Shown here piece by piece: positions 28,384 through 32,000 of a stretch of 32,000 bases of DNA. Under the pieces are notes generated by a model that saw nothing but the letters and a program-made list of their open reading frames with translations, was not told the origin of the DNA and made no database searches. Source of the stretch: Promethearchaeota archaeon (GTDB lineage Archaea; Asgardarchaeota; Lokiarchaeia; Sigyniarchaeales; SOKP01); assembly GCA_030606485.1 (NCBI GenBank), contig JAUWGH010000003.1, positions 300,001-332,000 of the forward strand. The letters run 5' to 3'. Both the position numbers and the translations under genes were made by a program. How positions within the stretch are numbered: the first letter of the stretch is position 1; each line of letters opens with the position of its first letter.

Positions 28384-28587
28384 ATGGCTTATGTTGTAGC
28401 TGCTGCTGCTGCATCTAAAAGGCGTAGGCGATGTCGCTATTGCGGGAATCACTTAAGCCTATTTGCTAGATTTTGTAATGAATGTGGTCATGAAGTGCCT
28501 AAACCTTTAAAATATACATTTTTGATATTAAGTGCTCTTGTTGCTATATCATTTATCTCATTATTTATTACTATGCTATTCATTTAG
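28384..28587 (+). CDS. Small zinc-ribbon protein with C-terminal TM helix
   Basis: CRYCG...ARFCNECG followed by a hydrophobic tail of about 23 aa. Confidence 0.75.
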   Translation: MAYVVAAAAASKRRRRCRYCGNHLSLFARFCNECGHEVPKPLKYTFLILSALVAISFISLFITMLFI

Positions 28588-28705
28588 TAATATAATGGGA
28601 TATATCGAATCTTGAAAAATAATAAAATTTTTTAATTAATCAACAAAAAATAAAAGAAATCTTATAAAATTAATATAAAAGAAAGGAAAAAAAAAGGAAA
28701 CAAAA

Positions 28706-29515
28706 TTGTCAGATATCATTGTAATTCGAAATTTAAAAAAATTCTTTGGAGAAATAAAAGCAGTAAATAAAATCTCCTTTGAAGTTCGCGCAGGAGAAGT
28801 CTTTGGTCTTTTGGGTCCAAACGGTGCAGGAAAAACTACTACTATTAAACTTCTCATGGGATTGCTCGAACCCGAGCCAAATGGGGGAGAGATGTCTGTT
28901 TTTGGTTTAAATCCAGAAAAAAATGAAGTGGAAATTAAACGTCGTATTGGATATGTGTCGGAAGAGCCTCTTATATTTAAATCTTTAACACCACGAAATT
29001 TATTTAATTTTATTGCTTCAATTAGGGGTTTAGATGAGGGAGAAACTACAGAACGTGCAAAAGAATATTTGGAAAGTTTGGAGGCACTCCAATATTATGA
29101 ACAGCTTATTGCCACTTTATCACACGGAAATAAACAAAAAATTCAAATTATTGCTGCGATTCTACATGACCCAGATTTACTTATCATGGATGAACCTCTT
29201 GCAGGTCTCGATGCAAAATCTGTTAGGGTAGTCAAGGAGATATTAGAATTACATACTCAACGAGGTGGTTCAGTTCTTTTTTCTACACACATTATGGAAG
29301 TTGCACAAGAATTATGTGATAGGATTGGGATATTAAATAAAGGTAAATTGGTAGGAATCGGTGCTATTGAGGAGTTAAGACAACAATCTAATAAATTAGG
29401 TGAAAATTTAGAAGATGTGTTTTTACGCCTTACTGAACAAGATACATCAGTTGAGGAGATTGTGAAAAAATTACGTAAATCATATAAAAAGAGAATAAAG
29501 GAAGAAATGATTTAA
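28706..29515 (+). CDS. ABC transporter ATP-binding protein
   Basis: GPNGAGKTT, LSHGNKQK, MDEPLAGLD, STHIMEVA, and LEDVFL motifs. Confidence 0.94.
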   Translation: MSDIIVIRNLKKFFGEIKAVNKISFEVRAGEVFGLLGPNGAGKTTTIKLLMGLLEPEPNGGEMSVFGLNPEKNEVEIKRRIGYVSEEPLIFKSLTPRNLFNFIASIRGLDEGETTERAKEYLESLEALQYYEQLIATLSHGNKQKIQIIAAILHDPDLLIMDEPLAGLDAKSVRVVKEILELHTQRGGSVLFSTHIMEVAQELCDRIGILNKGKLVGIGAIEELRQQSNKLGENLEDVFLRLTEQDTSVEEIVKKLRKSYKKRIKEEMI

Positions 29516-29516
29516 T

Positions 29517-31268
29517 ATGGAAGAGCAGAAATTCAAATCTTACTCACTTTCAAAATATACTAACTACGAGATATTTCTTGAATCTCAGATTCAATCTGCC
29601 GGAGCTCATCAAGCTCGATTTTTAGAAAAACTCGAAAAAAATGCAAATTTCATTAGAAATATGACTATAATGATGAAAGTTATTTACTCATTCCTCTTTG
29701 TTGTTTTACCTATCTTACCATTATTTACTTATTTGCAACTTGTGGGTTACCTTTATAGCGGAACATACACAATAGGAACCATATTATTTGTTTCTAGTTT
29801 TCTTTTTGGGATCTTTTTTGCGATGGTAATCATGTACCTTATTCTCTTAGGTATGTTGCCAATCAGCTCTTTAATGACAGGTAATGCTTTCAAATGGTTG
29901 CAAACTTTACCTATCCCAAAAAAGAATTTGAAAAAGTTAGGTTTTATGACTATTTTTCGTTCTTTGAACATCCCACTTATTGTTTTGGGTGCTGCTTTCC
30001 CTATTATTATGCTTATTGGAACACAGAATATTTTTTTCTTCTTTGTCTGCATTGTTACATCGATTCTCAATTTGATTTTTAGTTTTAGTCTGCTTATTAT
30101 TGTTTCGGAACGCTTAAGTCGTATTTTGCATAATCCGAACCGCCAATCTAAAAAAGCAAGTTTAGCCAAAATTTTAAGTATGGCTGGTTATTTCATTATC
30201 GCTATGGGATCTGGATTCATTCTGTCATGGGGTATCAGTGCTATTGATGACCTTCTTATCATTTTTGCCACATTTGAGCATATAGATATATTAAATTTTA
30301 TTTTAAGCTTAATCCCCTATCCATTTGCCCCAGGTTATTTAATATCATTGATTACTGCTCCAGATCAAATACCTATAGGACTATTTTTTACTACTATTAT
30401 TGGTTTTACGATGTTTATCCTTATAACATGGGGTACTTATAAGGTTGCGATTCGAAATCTAATAAGTGCAACATCTGCAGAAGTCAAAGGAATTAAAGCT
30501 GGAGAACTTTTTATTGTTCCTGAAGAAGAAATCCAAGTTGAGATTAAAACAAAATCTCCTCTTAAGTCATATATCCAAAAAGATCTGATTACAGCATCTC
30601 GTGATTTTCAGACATTAATGTTTTTAATTATGCCAATTGTAATTCCAATTTTCATGATTTTTTCGTTCGTGGGCCCAATTGGGAGCGATTTATCATCACA
30701 AACGGGTATAATGATAACTTGGTCGATAATATTGATTTTCTCTATAATTGTACCTGCGATGTTAATATCGGGTCTTCTCAATATGGACGAGAGTGGTGCA
30801 ACCATACTAGCATCATTACCAGTTATTCCTCGGGATCAAGCGAACGCTAAATTGATATTAATGTCAGTAATTCAATTAATGTCATTTACTATACTTACAG
30901 TAGTGCTTACAATAATTACAAATTCGATATTATTATTGGTATTGTTTTTAGCTACAATTCCGATTGTTTGGGTTTTCTTATTTTTAATGTTCGAGATGAA
31001 GATGCGATTATTTGGCAAAATGAAGTATAAATATGTTATTGAAGAGTTGAACAAAGAACATAAAGTAGTAAAGTGGATTTTAATGTTTCTCGTCCAAATC
31101 GGTCTGTATTTTGTGATTTCAATTTTGAGTTTTACTTTATTTAATATATTTGGAATAGAAGGTACAGCACTTGGATTATTTATTATCGGAATGATAGGAT
31201 TTATGAGTTTGGTCTTTGTATTCACCAAAATGTTTCCAAAAATCGAGAAAATAGATTTAAAAAAATAA
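29517..31268 (+). CDS. Large ABC-2-type permease (two-module membrane protein)
   Basis: About 14 hydrophobic segments with two '(L)..LP(I/V)' repeats (WLQTLPIP, ILASLPVIP). Starts 1 nt after the ATPase stop. Confidence 0.82.
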   Translation: MEEQKFKSYSLSKYTNYEIFLESQIQSAGAHQARFLEKLEKNANFIRNMTIMMKVIYSFLFVVLPILPLFTYLQLVGYLYSGTYTIGTILFVSSFLFGIFFAMVIMYLILLGMLPISSLMTGNAFKWLQTLPIPKKNLKKLGFMTIFRSLNIPLIVLGAAFPIIMLIGTQNIFFFFVCIVTSILNLIFSFSLLIIVSERLSRILHNPNRQSKKASLAKILSMAGYFIIAMGSGFILSWGISAIDDLLIIFATFEHIDILNFILSLIPYPFAPGYLISLITAPDQIPIGLFFTTIIGFTMFILITWGTYKVAIRNLISATSAEVKGIKAGELFIVPEEEIQVEIKTKSPLKSYIQKDLITASRDFQTLMFLIMPIVIPIFMIFSFVGPIGSDLSSQTGIMITWSIILIFSIIVPAMLISGLLNMDESGATILASLPVIPRDQANAKLILMSVIQLMSFTILTVVLTIITNSILLLVLFLATIPIVWVFLFLMFEMKMRLFGKMKYKYVIEELNKEHKVVKWILMFLVQIGLYFVISILSFTLFNIFGIEGTALGLFIIGMIGFMSLVFVFTKMFPKIEKIDLKK

Positions 31269-31388
31269 TAATATAATTTATTCTTGTATCTCTTTTTTTA
31301 TATATTTAATCTGCTAGATTCTTTTAATAGTGATGGAAACATCCACTATTATTGCAAACTGAATTGTTTCTAACTATATTTTATAAAA

Positions 31389-31763
31389 TTAAGCTTTTAA
31401 TTGAATAATCTTTTCAATTTTCGAAATTATTCCATTAATTCCAATATCTTTACTTACTACATCCATTAAATCTAAATCAATCTCATAATTAGAAAGATAG
31501 TTAATTTCTAAGCCGGTTATTAATATAACTGGAATATTTGGGTAATTTTTTTTAACAATATTTAATAATTCAACACCTGACATTTCTGGCATACGAATAT
31601 CACTTGCAATTACTGAAATATCTTGATTTCTATCATCTGCCAATAAATTTAACCCATCTTCTCCTGATTCTGCATAAATGAATTCAATATTAGAAATTTC
31701 CTCAGCATATAATCTAAATAACCGAAGGAAATCTGGATTATCATCAATCACCAATACTTTCAT
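31389..31763 (-). CDS. Single-domain response regulator (REC)
   Basis: KVLVIDDN, SDIRMPEMSG (phospho-acceptor Asp), ILITG, and terminal K. Confidence 0.93.
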   Translation of the reverse strand: MKVLVIDDNPDFLRLFRLYAEEISNIEFIYAESGEDGLNLLADDRNQDISVIASDIRMPEMSGVELLNIVKKNYPNIPVILITGLEINYLSNYEIDLDLMDVVSKDIGINGIISKIEKIIQLKA

Positions 31764-31792
31764 AAAAAATACCTTGTTTTCAAAGCAAATTA

Positions 31793-31999
31793 TTATCTAC
31801 GAGTTAAAACCATGTTGGATAATTCTTGTTTAAGATCATTTATTGCTAAAATACTTAATTTTGAAATTTTCTGTGAATCAGTAATTTTCGAATATATTGT
31901 TTTTATCTTATTTTGCAAATTTAAATTTTTGTTTTCTGATATTGTTTTTGCCTTTAGTAAAAATTCGAGAGATTTATTGATATTTCCTTCGATAATTGC
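31793..31999 (-). CDS. C-terminal end of a helical (TPR-like) protein running in from the right edge
   Basis: Open frame AIIEGNINKSLEFLLKAKTISENKNLNLQNKIKTIYSKITDSQKISKLSILAINDLKQELSNMVLTRR*, with its stop 29 nt before the REC start. Confidence 0.55.
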   Translation of the reverse strand, partial: AIIEGNINKSLEFLLKAKTISENKNLNLQNKIKTIYSKITDSQKISKLSILAINDLKQELSNMVLTRR

Positions 32000-32000
32000 G

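Noticed and set aside
3653-30805. Numerous short ORF-track entries overlapping larger genes on the opposite strand or in another frame (e.g. 3653-3835, 5982-6203, 9598-9969, 17759-18067, 25586-25921, 29753-30169)
   Set aside because: They are shadow ORFs of well-supported genes with no motifs of their own.

Overview
A 32-kb, very AT-rich (about 30% GC by eye) archaeal chromosomal segment, most likely from an Asgard archaeon of the Lokiarchaeia/Promethearchaeota type. This is inferred from the gene set: group II chaperonin, eL38, stand-alone eL40, archaeal AspRS/MetAP2/Pth2/TruD, a Rpn11/CSN5-like JAMM protein, AOR and zinc-ribbon membrane proteins. No database searches were run; all calls rest on motif recognition. 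Left third: carbohydrate and lipid catabolism (GH106 rhamnosidase, C45 hydrolase, GH106 5' remnant, acyl-CoA ligase, Fe-ADH, AOR). Middle: housekeeping and translation genes, including an eL40 gene and the N-terminal part of a NusA-like gene that the ORF track missed. Right: two ABC-2 exporters, a divergent Alba, a JAMM protein, a PRPP synthase and a response regulator. I found no rRNA, tRNA, CRISPR array, transposase or integrase. The most notable signal is architectural. Twice in the window an accessory gene block is flanked by an intact gene and a diverged (about 73-74% aa identity), in-frame copy of one end of that same gene: the cyclophilin-like 3' end around an ABC-2 cassette, and the GH106 5' end around a C45 gene. 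The ABC cassette carries a CGA/GATC island and a dense run of palindromes. The neighbouring 720-bp intergenic region has a dif-like inverted repeat and two 46-bp end-conserved repeats.
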